DNA from: an uncultured Clostridium sp.
Lineage (GTDB): Bacteria; Bacillota; Clostridia; TANB77; CAG-508
Direction of reading: 5' to 3'
Length of the DNA stretch: 64,000 nucleotides
NCBI GenBank assembly: GCA_947364715.1
Contig: CANAUI010000003.1
Location: forward strand, 13-64,012
The notes below the pieces were generated by a model. The model made no database searches and had not been told where the DNA came from. It saw nothing but the letters and a program-made list of their open reading frames with translations. Positions 41,296-53,556 of this stretch are shown here, piece after piece (the stretch's first letter is position 1; each line of letters opens with the position of its first letter). The position numbers and the translations under genes are program-made.

Positions 41296-41335
41296 TTTAT
41301 ATTAGTTTTTCCTTTTTTTGTATTTTTAAACATAT

Positions 41336-42085
41336 TTATGCCCTTTTTGTTTTTTCTACAGTAATATCTCCAAATAGTTCCTCTTGTATTGTTTCTATCT
41401 TTCTTCTTCTTGACATTTCTAATAAACCACTAAATGCTGTTACCACTTCTTGCTTGTCATGTTTATTTAATGAAAATAATTTATTAAATACAAATCGTTT
41501 TTGTTTTACCAATACTTTAAACATTTCTTTTACTTTACTAGAAACTGTATAATTTTCTACTAATGCAATTTTTTCAATATTTTTAGCATTTTGATTAATT
41601 TTTGCACGATTTCTTTCTATTAAATCTCTATACATATTAGAAATTATTGTATTATCATATTTTTTTTCTAATTTTTGTTTAGGAAGTTCAATTTTTTCTT
41701 GATTTTTATAATATCGATTCCTATTTTGAATATAATTTTGATTTAATACTTTACTAATCTCTTTAAATTTTTTGTATTCAATAATTCTTCTAATAAGTTC
41801 TTCTTCTGTTAATTCTTCTTCTTCCTCTTCTTGTTTTGGAAGTAAATTTTTTGACTTTAAATATAATAATGTAGATGCCATAACAACAAACTCACTAGCA
41901 ATTTCTAAATTCATTTTTTCCATTTGATTTAAATATTGTATGTATTGGTCTGTAATTTCATTTAAATTAATATCATAAATATCCATTTTATTTTTTTCAA
42001 TTAAATGACATAGTAAATCTAATGGACCTTCAAAATTTTCAATTTTAATAGCATATTTTTGTGTTTCTAATGTTAATATAGACAT
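41336..42085 (-). CDS. scpA: segregation and condensation protein A
   Basis: FEGPLDLLCHLIEKNKMDIYDI signature. Confidence 0.9.
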   Translation of the reverse strand: MSILTLETQKYAIKIENFEGPLDLLCHLIEKNKMDIYDINLNEITDQYIQYLNQMEKMNLEIASEFVVMASTLLYLKSKNLLPKQEEEEEELTEEELIRRIIEYKKFKEISKVLNQNYIQNRNRYYKNQEKIELPKQKLEKKYDNTIISNMYRDLIERNRAKINQNAKNIEKIALVENYTVSSKVKEMFKVLVKQKRFVFNKLFSLNKHDKQEVVTAFSGLLEMSRRRKIETIQEELFGDITVEKTKRA

Positions 42086-42123
42086 TGTGTTTCTCCTCTT
42101 TTAATTCTTGTAAAATTTTTTAA

Positions 42124-42570
42124 TTAATTATCTTGTATTGCTGTTTCAATATTTTCTTTTTTATATCCTTTTTTCATTAAATATTGTTTTATTTCTTCTA
42201 TTTCTAATGAAGTTATTTTTTTATTTATAATGTTTTGAGCTGATTTTATTTCATATTTGTTTAACTCTTCTTTATTTTCATAAATATAATCCTCTACATC
42301 TTGCTTTTTTATGCCTTTACTATATAACTTATATTCTATTTCTCTTATTGATAAATTTTTTAGAGCTATAAAATTATTAATTGTTTTTATGATGTATTCT
42401 TCATCATTTATGTAATTTGCTTCTTTTAGATAATCAATAATATCTTCTAATAAATTTTCTTCTATTTCTTTTTCAAATTTTTTCCTAATTTCACTTTCGC
42501 TTCTTTTTTTATATAATACATATTTTAATACTTTTGTTTTTTCTTTATCAAATTCCTCTACTGTATACAT
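42124..42570 (-). CDS. recX: RecX-like regulatory protein
   Basis: 148 aa helical-repeat protein directly downstream of recA (ALKYVLYKKRSESEIRKKF pattern). Confidence 0.6.
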   Translation of the reverse strand: MYTVEEFDKEKTKVLKYVLYKKRSESEIRKKFEKEIEENLLEDIIDYLKEANYINDEEYIIKTINNFIALKNLSIREIEYKLYSKGIKKQDVEDYIYENKEELNKYEIKSAQNIINKKITSLEIEEIKQYLMKKGYKKENIETAIQDN

Positions 42571-42683
42571 GTTATCTCCTTTGTTTTTTTACAATTATTT
42601 CTTCTTTTCTTTACTATTTTACAATAAAACTCTTAAAATATCAATAAAAGGAGATTTTTTATATCCCCTTTTTCATTTTTTTA

Positions 42684-43736
42684 TTATTCTTCATCATCAT
42701 CCATATCGATTTCAGGTATTTCTTCTCCTAAGCTTTCTTCAAATACCTTTTCAAAATCTTGTCTTACTTTTTCTTCTATTTCTTCTAGCATCTTTGGATT
42801 TTCTCTTAAGTATTTTTTTACATTTTCTCTTCCTTGTCCAATTCTTTCTCCATTATAGCTAAACCATGAGCCTGCTTTTTCTACAACATCTAAGTTAACA
42901 GCCATATCTAAGATATTACCTTCTCTTGAAATTCCTTCTCCATAAATAATATCAAATTCTGCTTCTCTAAATGGTGGTGCTACTTTATTTTTAATAACTT
43001 TTACTCTTACTCTATTTCCTTTTACTTCCCCATCTTGTTTAATATTTTCTATTTTTCTAATATCCATTCTAACTGATGCATAAAATTTTAATGCTCTACC
43101 ACCTGTTGTTGTTTCTGGATTTCCAAACATAACACCTATTTTTTCTCTTAATTGGTTAATAAAAATTAATACTGTTTTAGATTTATTGATTGCTCCTGCT
43201 AATTTTCTTAATGCTTGTGACATAAGTCTTGCTTGTAATCCCATATGTGAATCTCCCATGTCACCATCAATTTCAGCTTTTGGAACTAATGCTGCTACTG
43301 AATCCACTACAATAACATCTAATGCTCCACTTCTAACTAAGCTTTCTGTTATTTCCAAAGCTTGCTCTCCTGTATCTGGTTGAGATACAATTAAATTATC
43401 TATATCTGCACCTAGTTTTTTTGCATAAACAGGGTCTAATGCATGTTCTGCATCTATAAATGCTACTTCTCCTCCCATTTTTTGTGCTTCTGCAATAATA
43501 TGTAATGCTAATGTTGTTTTACCTGAAGATTCTGGTCCAAATACTTCTATAATTCTTCCTCTAGGTACTCCTCCAATTCCTAATGCAATATCTAAACTTA
43601 GAGCACCTGTTGGAATTGCTTCTATTTCCATTGCTTTAAATTCTCCTAATTTCATTACAGACCCTTTACCAAATTGTTTTTCTATTTGACTCATTGCTAC
43701 TTCTAGTGCCTTCTTTTTTTCTGTATTTTCACTCAT
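42684..43736 (-). CDS. recA: recombinase RecA
   Basis: GPESSGKTT Walker A and full-length RecA similarity. Confidence 0.97.
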   Translation of the reverse strand: MSENTEKKKALEVAMSQIEKQFGKGSVMKLGEFKAMEIEAIPTGALSLDIALGIGGVPRGRIIEVFGPESSGKTTLALHIIAEAQKMGGEVAFIDAEHALDPVYAKKLGADIDNLIVSQPDTGEQALEITESLVRSGALDVIVVDSVAALVPKAEIDGDMGDSHMGLQARLMSQALRKLAGAINKSKTVLIFINQLREKIGVMFGNPETTTGGRALKFYASVRMDIRKIENIKQDGEVKGNRVRVKVIKNKVAPPFREAEFDIIYGEGISREGNILDMAVNLDVVEKAGSWFSYNGERIGQGRENVKKYLRENPKMLEEIEEKVRQDFEKVFEESLGEEIPEIDMDDDEE

Positions 43737-43822
43737 ATTTTTCCTCCTTAAATTTTGAACTTTTGTTTGATACTCTTATTATATATCAAAAATATGTTTT
43801 GTCAATACTTATTTTAAAATTT

Positions 43823-45400
43823 TTATCTATACCATGTTTCTATTCCACAAAATGGATTAAACCAATTAGAATTGATTTCTCCAACTAATTCTGTGTTATA
43901 TGCTATTGTATGTTTATTTGTATATAAACTAATATATGGTATATCTGTTTTATAAATTTCTACAAGTCTTGCATAATTATTCTTTATTTTTTCTTCATCA
44001 GTTGTATTTTTTATTTCATTCATTAAATTGATAATTTCTTCATTTGTATAATTTGCTAAATTATTTTCACCAAAAAATAATGTCATATCTGGGTTTGGAG
44101 ATAAATTTATACTACATAAAATCATATCATAAGCTTTGTTTTGTATAGCAATATTATATTGTTCATCTGAATATCGTTGTATATTAATTTGAATTCCTTG
44201 ACTTGCTAATTGCATTTTTATATTTTCTGCTACTGATATTTGTATACTATTTGATTCTTTTACAATCAAATTTAATTCAGTTTTTTGTATTTTACTATTT
44301 ATCATTTTTTGCCAATATCCATTTTTATAACTCCAACCATTTTCTGTTAATATTTGCTTTGCCTGTTCAGGATTACATCCAGAACTTGCATCTTGTTCTT
44401 GATATACCCATGAGCCAAAATCTATTGGAAAACTTGATGTGTAATATTTATTCTGAAAAATATTTGATACTATATTATTTTTATCTATTGTATAAGATAT
44501 TGCTCTTCTAACTTCCTGATTTGATAATAATGTATTTTGTGTATTTAAAACTAAGAAATCATGTTCTCTTCCTTTTATCTCTTTTTTACTATATCCCATT
44601 GTTCCTATATAATTTTGTATGTTTGTATTATTTGTACTTACCACATCTACATTTCCTAATTTAAAAGCATTATATAATTCTCCTACTGAATCATATACAT
44701 TAACTGTAATTTCTTCTAATGATAATTCTGTATTTCTATTCCACCAGTTTGCATTTTTAGTTAATGTAATATAGTTTTCTTGTACATTTTCTACCTTATA
44801 TTTTCCTGTTCCTACTGGTACAATTTCTGTATTAGAATAATCTTGTGTATCATAAAATGTTTTAGATAATATTGGAAATGTTAAATAATATTCAAAAAGT
44901 GGAACTTCTTTATCTAAATATATTTTTACTGTATAATCATCTACAATTTCTAACATAGTTGCATGTTCTAAATTACTTGAATATATAGAAGAATTTTCTT
45001 TTAATTTATCATATGTAAATTGTACATCTGCTGATGTAAACCTTTCACCATTTGCCCATCTAATATTTTCTCTTAATTTAATAATATAGGTTGTTCCGTC
45101 TTGTTTTGCCCATTCTGTTGCTAATGTTGGTATTGTTTTATAATCTGAAGATATATCTATTAATGGTTCATAAATTAATTTCGTAATATCTTGAACATTT
45201 TTATTACTTGTTAATAATGGGTTTAAAGTATCACATTGTGCAATTCCTAATCGAATTTGTCTTACTATCTCTTCTTCTGTACTAGTAGCTTCTTCTTCTA
45301 TTTCTTGCTTATTTTCATTATTTCTTATTACAAAAAATGAAACAATGACAATGATAATAACAAAAATAATAAATATGTATTTAAAAATGTTAGATTTCAT
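43823..45400 (-). CDS. family-5 (peptide/nickel type) ABC substrate-binding protein, TM-anchored, no adjacent permease genes
   Basis: 525 aa; WANGERFTSADVQFTY motif typical of SBP_bac_5; N-terminal helix without a lipobox Cys. Confidence 0.8.
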   Translation of the reverse strand: MKSNIFKYIFIIFVIIIVIVSFFVIRNNENKQEIEEEATSTEEEIVRQIRLGIAQCDTLNPLLTSNKNVQDITKLIYEPLIDISSDYKTIPTLATEWAKQDGTTYIIKLRENIRWANGERFTSADVQFTYDKLKENSSIYSSNLEHATMLEIVDDYTVKIYLDKEVPLFEYYLTFPILSKTFYDTQDYSNTEIVPVGTGKYKVENVQENYITLTKNANWWNRNTELSLEEITVNVYDSVGELYNAFKLGNVDVVSTNNTNIQNYIGTMGYSKKEIKGREHDFLVLNTQNTLLSNQEVRRAISYTIDKNNIVSNIFQNKYYTSSFPIDFGSWVYQEQDASSGCNPEQAKQILTENGWSYKNGYWQKMINSKIQKTELNLIVKESNSIQISVAENIKMQLASQGIQINIQRYSDEQYNIAIQNKAYDMILCSINLSPNPDMTLFFGENNLANYTNEEIINLMNEIKNTTDEEKIKNNYARLVEIYKTDIPYISLYTNKHTIAYNTELVGEINSNWFNPFCGIETWYR

Positions 45401-45730
45401 ATCTCACTCCTATCTTAAATATCCTCTTCTTTTATTTTTACATTACTCAAATAAATTTCTTCTTTCATTCTATCAGACTTCTCTATTTTATTCAACAATC
45501 AATTCTAATTTTTTTATTAGGATTGTTACAGTTACTATTGACAGTAATAAATATTATCTTTTTAAATTAATGACAAATGTGTCATGGAATAGATGTATCA
45601 AGAAAAAAAGTTGATATATAAATATTTTTAAAGAACTCGAATGTGACTTAGAATTGATTTGTAACATTATAATTTATGGAAACTTTTAAACATAGAACAT
45701 AAAATATAGAAATAACATTATTTTAAGAAT

Positions 45731-45775
45731 AAAAAAAATTTCTAATTGTATTTACATTATTTTACAATACAATTA
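45731..45775 (-). terminator. intrinsic terminator after obg
   Basis: TAATTGTATT-N13-AATACAATTA followed on the minus strand by GAAATTTTTTTT. Confidence 0.7.
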
Positions 45776-45807
45776 AAAATTTTTCAAGCTATTTTTTAAT
45801 TTTCTTT

Positions 45808-47088
<1,281 letters not shown>

Positions 47089-47130
47089 TCATTTATATTG
47101 TATTATTTTATATAAATTTGCACTAAGCTA

Positions 47131-48138
47131 TTATTCAAAGTAATTCAACTTCATTGCTTTTCTTACTTTTTCCATCGTATTTCGAGCTGTTTCTTTTGCT
47201 TTTTCTGTTCCTTCTTTTAATATTTTATCTACTAATTCTGGATTTTCTTCATAATATTTTCTTTTTTCTCTAATTGGTTTTAAATATTCATTAATATTTT
47301 TTGCTAATTGTTTTTTACAAGTAACACATCCTCTTTTTCCTTCTCTACATTCTGAACATACATCATCAATTTCTTGTTTTGTAGAAAATAATTTATGATA
47401 ATATGCTACCATACATATATCAGGATTTCCTAAATCATCTTTTTTTATTCTATTTGTATCTGTAACAGCACTCATTACTTTTTTTGTTATTTCTTCTTCT
47501 GAATCTGATAAATAAATAGCATTTCCAAGAGATTTTCCCATTTTTTCATTTCCATCTAATCCTTTTATTCTTTTTCCTTCTGATAATACAATCTTAGGTT
47601 CTGTTAATACCTCTCCATAAATACTATTAAATTTTCTAACAATTTCTCTACATTGCTCAATTAATGGCTCTTGGTCTTCTCCTGTTGGAACTAATTCTCC
47701 TTCAAAAGTTGTAATATCAGCTGCTTGACTTACTGGATAACCTAAAAATCCATATGTTACACTTTCTCCAAATAATTCTTTTTTCTGTGCAATTTCTGTT
47801 TTCACAGTTGGGTTTCTTTGAAGTCTTGCAATAGTTACTAAGTTTGAATAATATATAGTTAATTCTGCTGTTTCTGGTATCATAGATTGAATATATATAG
47901 TTGTTTTTTCTGGGTCTATTCCACATGATAAATAATCCATTACTAATTCTCTTACATTTTTTCTTACTTTTTCTGGATTATTAAAGTTATCAGTTAAAGC
48001 TTGCACATCTGCTATTAATATATACATATCATAATCTCCACTATTTTGCATTTCAACTCTCTTTTTTAATGAACCAAAATAATGTCCTATATGTAATTTT
48101 CCTGTTGGTCTATCACCTGTTAATACTCTTTTTTTCAT
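47131..48138 (-). CDS. trpS: tryptophan--tRNA ligase
   Basis: HIGH (GKLHIGHY) and KMSKS (KMGKS) motifs; 335 aa. Confidence 0.93.
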   Translation of the reverse strand: MKKRVLTGDRPTGKLHIGHYFGSLKKRVEMQNSGDYDMYILIADVQALTDNFNNPEKVRKNVRELVMDYLSCGIDPEKTTIYIQSMIPETAELTIYYSNLVTIARLQRNPTVKTEIAQKKELFGESVTYGFLGYPVSQAADITTFEGELVPTGEDQEPLIEQCREIVRKFNSIYGEVLTEPKIVLSEGKRIKGLDGNEKMGKSLGNAIYLSDSEEEITKKVMSAVTDTNRIKKDDLGNPDICMVAYYHKLFSTKQEIDDVCSECREGKRGCVTCKKQLAKNINEYLKPIREKRKYYEENPELVDKILKEGTEKAKETARNTMEKVRKAMKLNYFE

Positions 48139-48199
48139 AATTCAAACTCATTCCTTTCTCAAAGATTTAAATCTCTTTCTTAAAATATTTGCTATATTA

Positions 48200-49567
48200 C
48201 TATACTATTTCAGCTATCATATCATAATCATTAACATCTATTATTTTGCAATTTATAAAATGATTCAAAATTTCTTCTGGCTTTTTATTTATTTTATTTT
48301 TTATATATACTATCCCATCCATTTCTGGTACATCTTGTATAGTTCTTCCAATATAGTATTTTCCATCAAAAGAAATATCTTCAATTAGTACTTCATATAT
48401 TTTTCCTATCTTTTTACTTTGAAGTTCTTTAGAAATTTCTTGTTGAATTTTCATAATTTGATTATATCTTGCTTTTTTAGTATTCCCATGAATTTGATTT
48501 GGTAATTTTTCTGCAGGTGTGCCATCTTCTTTTGAATACATAAATGTTCCTAGTCTATCAAATTTTGCAAATTTTATAAACTCCTTCAATTCTTCAAAAT
48601 TTTGCTTGTTTTCTCCTGGAAATCCCACAATTAAACTTGTTCTTAACACAACATTTGGTATCTTTTCTCTAATTGTTTTTAATAAATTTTCTATTTGTTC
48701 TTTACTAGTTCTTCTATTCATTTTTTTTAATACTGTATTAGAAATATGTTGGATAGGAATATCAAAATAATTAGCTATTTTATCATTGTTTGCAACAACT
48801 TGAATTAATCTTTCTGTAATTCCTTCTGGATATGAATATAAAAAACGAATCCATTTAATTTCTTCTATTTTGCTCAATTTTTCTAATAGTTCTGCTAGTT
48901 TAGGCTCTCCATATATATCAATACCATATTTTGTTGTATCTTGTGCTATTACTATTAATTCTTTAATACCTTTTTTAGCTAGCATATTCGCCTCTTCTAA
49001 AATATCCTCCATTTTCCTACTAGAAAATGGTCCTCTAATGTATGGTATTGCACAATATGTACATTTATTACTACATCCTTCTCCTATTTTTATATAAGCA
49101 TAATTATTTCCTGTTGTAATAGTTCTATTTAAAAATTCTTGTTGTAACAACATTGGCATTTGCGGTATTTGAGTTATTTTTTTATTATTTATCTTCTTTC
49201 CTTTTTCAACAATCCCTCTTTTTAGTAAATCTTCTATTTTATCCCATAATTTATCATAGTCTTCTATTTTTATAAACAAATCTACTTCTGGTAATGCTTT
49301 TAATAAGTCTTCATAATATCTTTGAACTAAACACCCCATAACAATTAAATATTTACATTTTTGTTTTTTATATTCTGCCATTTCTAGTATTGTATTAATA
49401 GCTTCTTCTTTTGCAGATTCTATAAATCCACAAGTATTAACTACTAAAACATCTGCTTTTTCTTCTTCATTAACAATTTGAAATCTCTTATCTTTAAATA
49501 TTCCTATTAAACATTCTGTATCAATTAAATTTTTGCTACAACCTAGTGATACAAATCCTACATTCAT
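48200..49567 (-). CDS. rimO: ribosomal protein S12 methylthiotransferase RimO
   Basis: UPF0004 domain (SLGCSKNLIDTE), radical-SAM CSNKCTYC, C-terminal TRAM. Confidence 0.88.
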   Translation of the reverse strand: MNVGFVSLGCSKNLIDTECLIGIFKDKRFQIVNEEEKADVLVVNTCGFIESAKEEAINTILEMAEYKKQKCKYLIVMGCLVQRYYEDLLKALPEVDLFIKIEDYDKLWDKIEDLLKRGIVEKGKKINNKKITQIPQMPMLLQQEFLNRTITTGNNYAYIKIGEGCSNKCTYCAIPYIRGPFSSRKMEDILEEANMLAKKGIKELIVIAQDTTKYGIDIYGEPKLAELLEKLSKIEEIKWIRFLYSYPEGITERLIQVVANNDKIANYFDIPIQHISNTVLKKMNRRTSKEQIENLLKTIREKIPNVVLRTSLIVGFPGENKQNFEELKEFIKFAKFDRLGTFMYSKEDGTPAEKLPNQIHGNTKKARYNQIMKIQQEISKELQSKKIGKIYEVLIEDISFDGKYYIGRTIQDVPEMDGIVYIKNKINKKPEEILNHFINCKIIDVNDYDMIAEIV

Positions 49568-49627
49568 TTTTTATTCCATCCTCTTTATTTTTTTGTCAAA
49601 ATTCTTATTAATTTTATTTTCTATATT

Positions 49628-50818
49628 TTAATCTTTATGACTACATATATGTTTTCTAGTCATTTCCATCAAATCCAGTTTTGTAAATCCTTCTATTTGT
49701 GTTTTGCTTCTATCTTTTCTTAATTCTTGTTTCAATAAATTTTCTATTTCGTTTTTATCTTTTTCTTCTTGCATATCTATATAGTCTATAATTATAATTC
49801 CACCTATATCTCTAAGTCTTAGTTGTTTTGCAATCTCAATAGTTGCTTCTTTATTTACTTTAAAAACTGTATCTTCCATTGTTTTGTTTCCAGTATATTT
49901 TCCAGTATTTACATCAATCGCTGTTAAAGCTTCTGTCTTATCAATTGTGATAAAACCTCCACATTTTAACCATATTTTTCTATTACTAATTTTATTTATT
50001 TGTTGTTCTAAATTATATATATCAAAAATAGATTCTTCACTTTTTACTATTATTGATAAGTTTTTGTATTCTTGATTTTCATTTTTAATTTTGTTAATTT
50101 CATTATAATCTAAACTATCATTAACAATTACTTTTTCAATTTTTTTATTTGTTAAATCCATTAACATTTTTTCAACAATATCTTCACTTTTATATAACTG
50201 TCTTGGTATATTTTGTTTTTCATCTTGGCTATCTTTTACAATCTTTTCCCATTTACTTTCTACATATTTTATATCATCAATAACTTCTTTTTCTTTTCCT
50301 TCTGCTGACGTTCTAATAACTGCTCCATTTCCTTTTGATATTGTTTTAGAAACTAATTGTATTAATCTTTCTTGTTCTTCCTTATCTTGTATCTTTTGTG
50401 AAACTGTAATAATGTCTGTATTAGGCATAAGCACAATATATTTTCCTGGTAAATTAATATGTGTTGATATTCTAGCACCTTTTTTTTCATTACTATCTTT
50501 TTTTATTTGTACTAATAATTTTTGTTTTGATTTTATTAGTGTGCTAATATCTTGATTAAAATTTGTTTTCTCTTTTTTCTCATCTTTCTTCTCTATAATA
50601 TCTTTTAGATGAATTAAACTATTTTTTTCTATACCTATATCTACAAATGCTGCTTGCATTCCTTTTATAATATCTTTTACAACACCAATATAAATATTTC
50701 CTTCATGCCTATTGTCATTTTGTGTTTCTTCATAATATTCTACTATTTTACCATCTTCTACTAATACAATTTGTCTTTGTTTTTCTAATCTTTTTATTAT
50801 TAATTCTAACACTTGCAT
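49628..50818 (-). CDS. rng: Rne/Rng-family ribonuclease (short RNase G type)
   Basis: S1 domain (GNIYIGVVKDIIKGMQAAFVDIG) plus catalytic core (TAIDVNTGKY). Confidence 0.85.
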   Translation of the reverse strand: MQVLELIIKRLEKQRQIVLVEDGKIVEYYEETQNDNRHEGNIYIGVVKDIIKGMQAAFVDIGIEKNSLIHLKDIIEKKDEKKEKTNFNQDISTLIKSKQKLLVQIKKDSNEKKGARISTHINLPGKYIVLMPNTDIITVSQKIQDKEEQERLIQLVSKTISKGNGAVIRTSAEGKEKEVIDDIKYVESKWEKIVKDSQDEKQNIPRQLYKSEDIVEKMLMDLTNKKIEKVIVNDSLDYNEINKIKNENQEYKNLSIIVKSEESIFDIYNLEQQINKISNRKIWLKCGGFITIDKTEALTAIDVNTGKYTGNKTMEDTVFKVNKEATIEIAKQLRLRDIGGIIIIDYIDMQEEKDKNEIENLLKQELRKDRSKTQIEGFTKLDLMEMTRKHICSHKD

Positions 50819-50829
50819 TCCCTCTCTAG

Positions 50830-51387
50830 CTAATTAAATTTATTCATTGCTGAATCTACGCCATTTTTTATAATTTCTACTATTGCATCTTTTGCATTAT
50901 CTATCCCTATATTTAATTTTTCTTTATCTTCTGACGAAATATTTCCTAGTACATATTGAATTTTGTCATTTTTAAATTCAGGTGTTCCAATTCCTACTCT
51001 AATTCTTGTAAATTCTTCTGAATTTACACTTTGTATAACAGATTTCATTCCATTATGAGCACCTGGTCCACCTTTTTTTCTAATTTTTATCTTACCTGGT
51101 TTTACATCCATATCATCATATATAACAATTACTTTTTTTAAATCAAGTTTATAAAAATTAATTGCTTCTATTATACTTTGTCCACTCAAATTCATATAAG
51201 TTTGTGGTTTTAAAAGAATAACTTTTTCATTTTCAATTATTCCTGTTCCAAAAATCCCTTTAAATTTATTTTTATTAATTTCAATAGAATATTGTTTTCC
51301 TAATTTGTTTATTGTATCAAATCCCATATTATGTCTTGTGTTTGCATATTCATTTTCAGGATTTCCTAAACCTACTATTAAAAACAT
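50830..51387 (-). CDS. pth: peptidyl-tRNA hydrolase
   Basis: GLGNPENEYANTRHNMGF N-terminal signature. Confidence 0.95.
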   Translation of the reverse strand: MFLIVGLGNPENEYANTRHNMGFDTINKLGKQYSIEINKNKFKGIFGTGIIENEKVILLKPQTYMNLSGQSIIEAINFYKLDLKKVIVIYDDMDVKPGKIKIRKKGGPGAHNGMKSVIQSVNSEEFTRIRVGIGTPEFKNDKIQYVLGNISSEDKEKLNIGIDNAKDAIVEIIKNGVDSAMNKFN

Positions 51388-51483
51388 TTACTTTCCTCTT
51401 TCTAAAAAATAATCTCTATTATTTTACATTGTTTTTACTATTTTTTCAAGTTATATAGAAAAATCTTTGGTTTTTCCTATAAC

Positions 51484-51520
51484 ACAAAAAAAGATACAAT
51501 ATATTTGTATCTCTTTTTTT
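51484..51520. terminator. terminator after spoVG
   Basis: AGATACAA / TTGTATCT stem flanked by A7 and T7 runs. Confidence 0.65.
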
Positions 51521-51525
51521 ATTTA

Positions 51526-51798
51526 TTATTCTGCTGATTCCTCTGTTTCTGGAGCTTCATAAGCCTCTAATATAGCTTTTTGAATTTTCTCTCTAGTATC
51601 AGCATTGATTGGATGAGCTATATCTTTGAATTCTCCGTTTGGAGTTTTTCTACTTGGCATAGCTATAAATAATCCATTTTGACTTTCGATAACTTTGATA
51701 TCATGAATAACAAATTCATTATCGAATGTTACAGAAGCAACAGCTTTCATTCTGTTTTCTGAAGTTACTTTTCTTAAACGTACATCTGTAATTTGCAT
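51526..51798 (-). CDS. spoVG: septation protein SpoVG
   Basis: [11 protein letters not shown]...[22 protein letters not shown] is near-canonical SpoVG. Confidence 0.93.
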   Translation of the reverse strand: MQITDVRLRKVTSENRMKAVASVTFDNEFVIHDIKVIESQNGLFIAMPSRKTPNGEFKDIAHPINADTREKIQKAILEAYEAPETEESAE

Positions 51799-52103
51799 TT
51801 TGTAGTGCACCTACCTTCCTTAAGTTTTAAAAATATTTTGTACATAGATTTATTTTTATGTACAATTATATTATTCTCCATAAAAAAATTTTTTCCTTCT
51901 TTTTTTTACATTTTTTTATCTTTTTATATTGTAACTTTTTTTGTACTATTTCAGTATACTAAAATATAGGGTTACAGTTCACAGACAATATAGGATATAT
52001 ATGAAAAATAATTTTTTAAAAGTATTGAATTTTTTCTTATATAATTATATAATTTCTTTTGAAATTTTATGCTAATCAAATATTTACAAAGGAGTGTCTT
52101 TTA

Positions 52104-53486
52104 ATGCCTAATATAAATAATTTAAAAAAATATAAAAATATACATATGATTGGAATTGGTGGAGTTAGTATGAGTGGAATTGCAGAAATCCTTCATAACT
52201 GGGGATTTCATATTACTGGCTCTGATTTAACTAATTCTGAATCTATTAATATATTGAAAAAAAGAGGAATTCAAGTTACTATTGGTCATAATATTGAAAA
52301 TATAAAAAAAGCAGATGTTGTTGTATATTCTGCTGCAATAAAACAAGATGACCCTGAAATGCTTGAAGCAAAAGCAAACAATATCCCAACTATTGAAAGA
52401 GCTGATTTTCTAGGAGAACTTACAAGATGTTTTAAAGATACAATTTGTATTTCTGGAACACATGGAAAAACTACTACAACTTCTATGGTTTCTCTTTGTT
52501 TTATAAAAGCTTTAACAGACCCTAGTATACAAGTTGGTGCTTATTTAAAACAATTAGATGGAAATTACAGAGTCGGAAATAGTGAACATTTCATTATAGA
52601 AGCATGTGAATATGTAGAAAGTTTTTTAAAATTCAGTCCTAAAGCAGAAATAATTTTAAATATAGATAATGACCATCTAGATTACTTTAAAAATTTAGAA
52701 AACATAAAAAATGCATTTATCAAATATGTAAAATTATTACCTAATGATGGAATCTTAGTTTTAAATGGAGATGATATTAATTGTCTTGATTTATCTAAAG
52801 AAACAAATGCTAAAATTATTACTTATGGTATTTCTAATAAAGATGTTGATGTTTATTGTACAAATATAAAATTTAATGATGATGGTTTTGCAAAATTTGA
52901 TGTTTACTATCACAATCAATTTTTGGATACCTTTAGATTATCAGTTCCTGGTAAACACAATATTTCAAATGCTCTTGCATGTATTTCTATTTGTATAGAA
53001 TATAACTTATCTTTAGATATTATAAAATCTGCACTTTTAGAGTTTACTGGTGCTCATAGAAGATTTGAATATAAAGGAAAAATTAATGAAATTGCAAGTG
53101 TTTATGATGATTATGGACATCACCCAACAGAAATTATTGCTACTGCAAAATCTTTAATAAATAAAAAATATAATCAATCTTGGGTTATTTTTCAACCACA
53201 TACATATAGTAGAACTAAAAACTTATTAGATGATTTTGCAAATTCACTAATAAATTTTGATAATGTTATTGTGTTAGATATATATGCTGCTAGAGAAACA
53301 AATACCTATAATATTTCTTCAGAAGATTTGATTGCTAAACTTAACTCTTTGGGAAAAGAAGCTTTATACATTCCTGATTTTGATGAATGTGTAAACTATG
53401 TAAAAAAACATGTAAAAGAAAATGATATTGTTTTAACATTAGGTGCAGGAACTGTTACTAATCTTGGTCCTATGTTAACTAACTAA
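52104..53486 (+). CDS. murC: UDP-N-acetylmuramate--L-alanine ligase
   Basis: GIGGVSMSG and GTHGKTTTT motifs; ATG 52104 with AAAGGAG upstream. Confidence 0.93.
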   Translation: MPNINNLKKYKNIHMIGIGGVSMSGIAEILHNWGFHITGSDLTNSESINILKKRGIQVTIGHNIENIKKADVVVYSAAIKQDDPEMLEAKANNIPTIERADFLGELTRCFKDTICISGTHGKTTTTSMVSLCFIKALTDPSIQVGAYLKQLDGNYRVGNSEHFIIEACEYVESFLKFSPKAEIILNIDNDHLDYFKNLENIKNAFIKYVKLLPNDGILVLNGDDINCLDLSKETNAKIITYGISNKDVDVYCTNIKFNDDGFAKFDVYYHNQFLDTFRLSVPGKHNISNALACISICIEYNLSLDIIKSALLEFTGAHRRFEYKGKINEIASVYDDYGHHPTEIIATAKSLINKKYNQSWVIFQPHTYSRTKNLLDDFANSLINFDNVIVLDIYAARETNTYNISSEDLIAKLNSLGKEALYIPDFDECVNYVKKHVKENDIVLTLGAGTVTNLGPMLTN

Positions 53487-53556
53487 AAAGGAATTTTTTG
53501 AGATTGACTAATTTTTACAAAAGAAAAAAAGAAGCAATCTCAAAAATTCCTTTTTT
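53486..53556. terminator. long bidirectional hairpin between murC and spoIVB
   Basis: AAAAGGAATTTTTTGAGATTG / CAATCTCAAAAATTCCTTTTTT arms. Confidence 0.7.
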
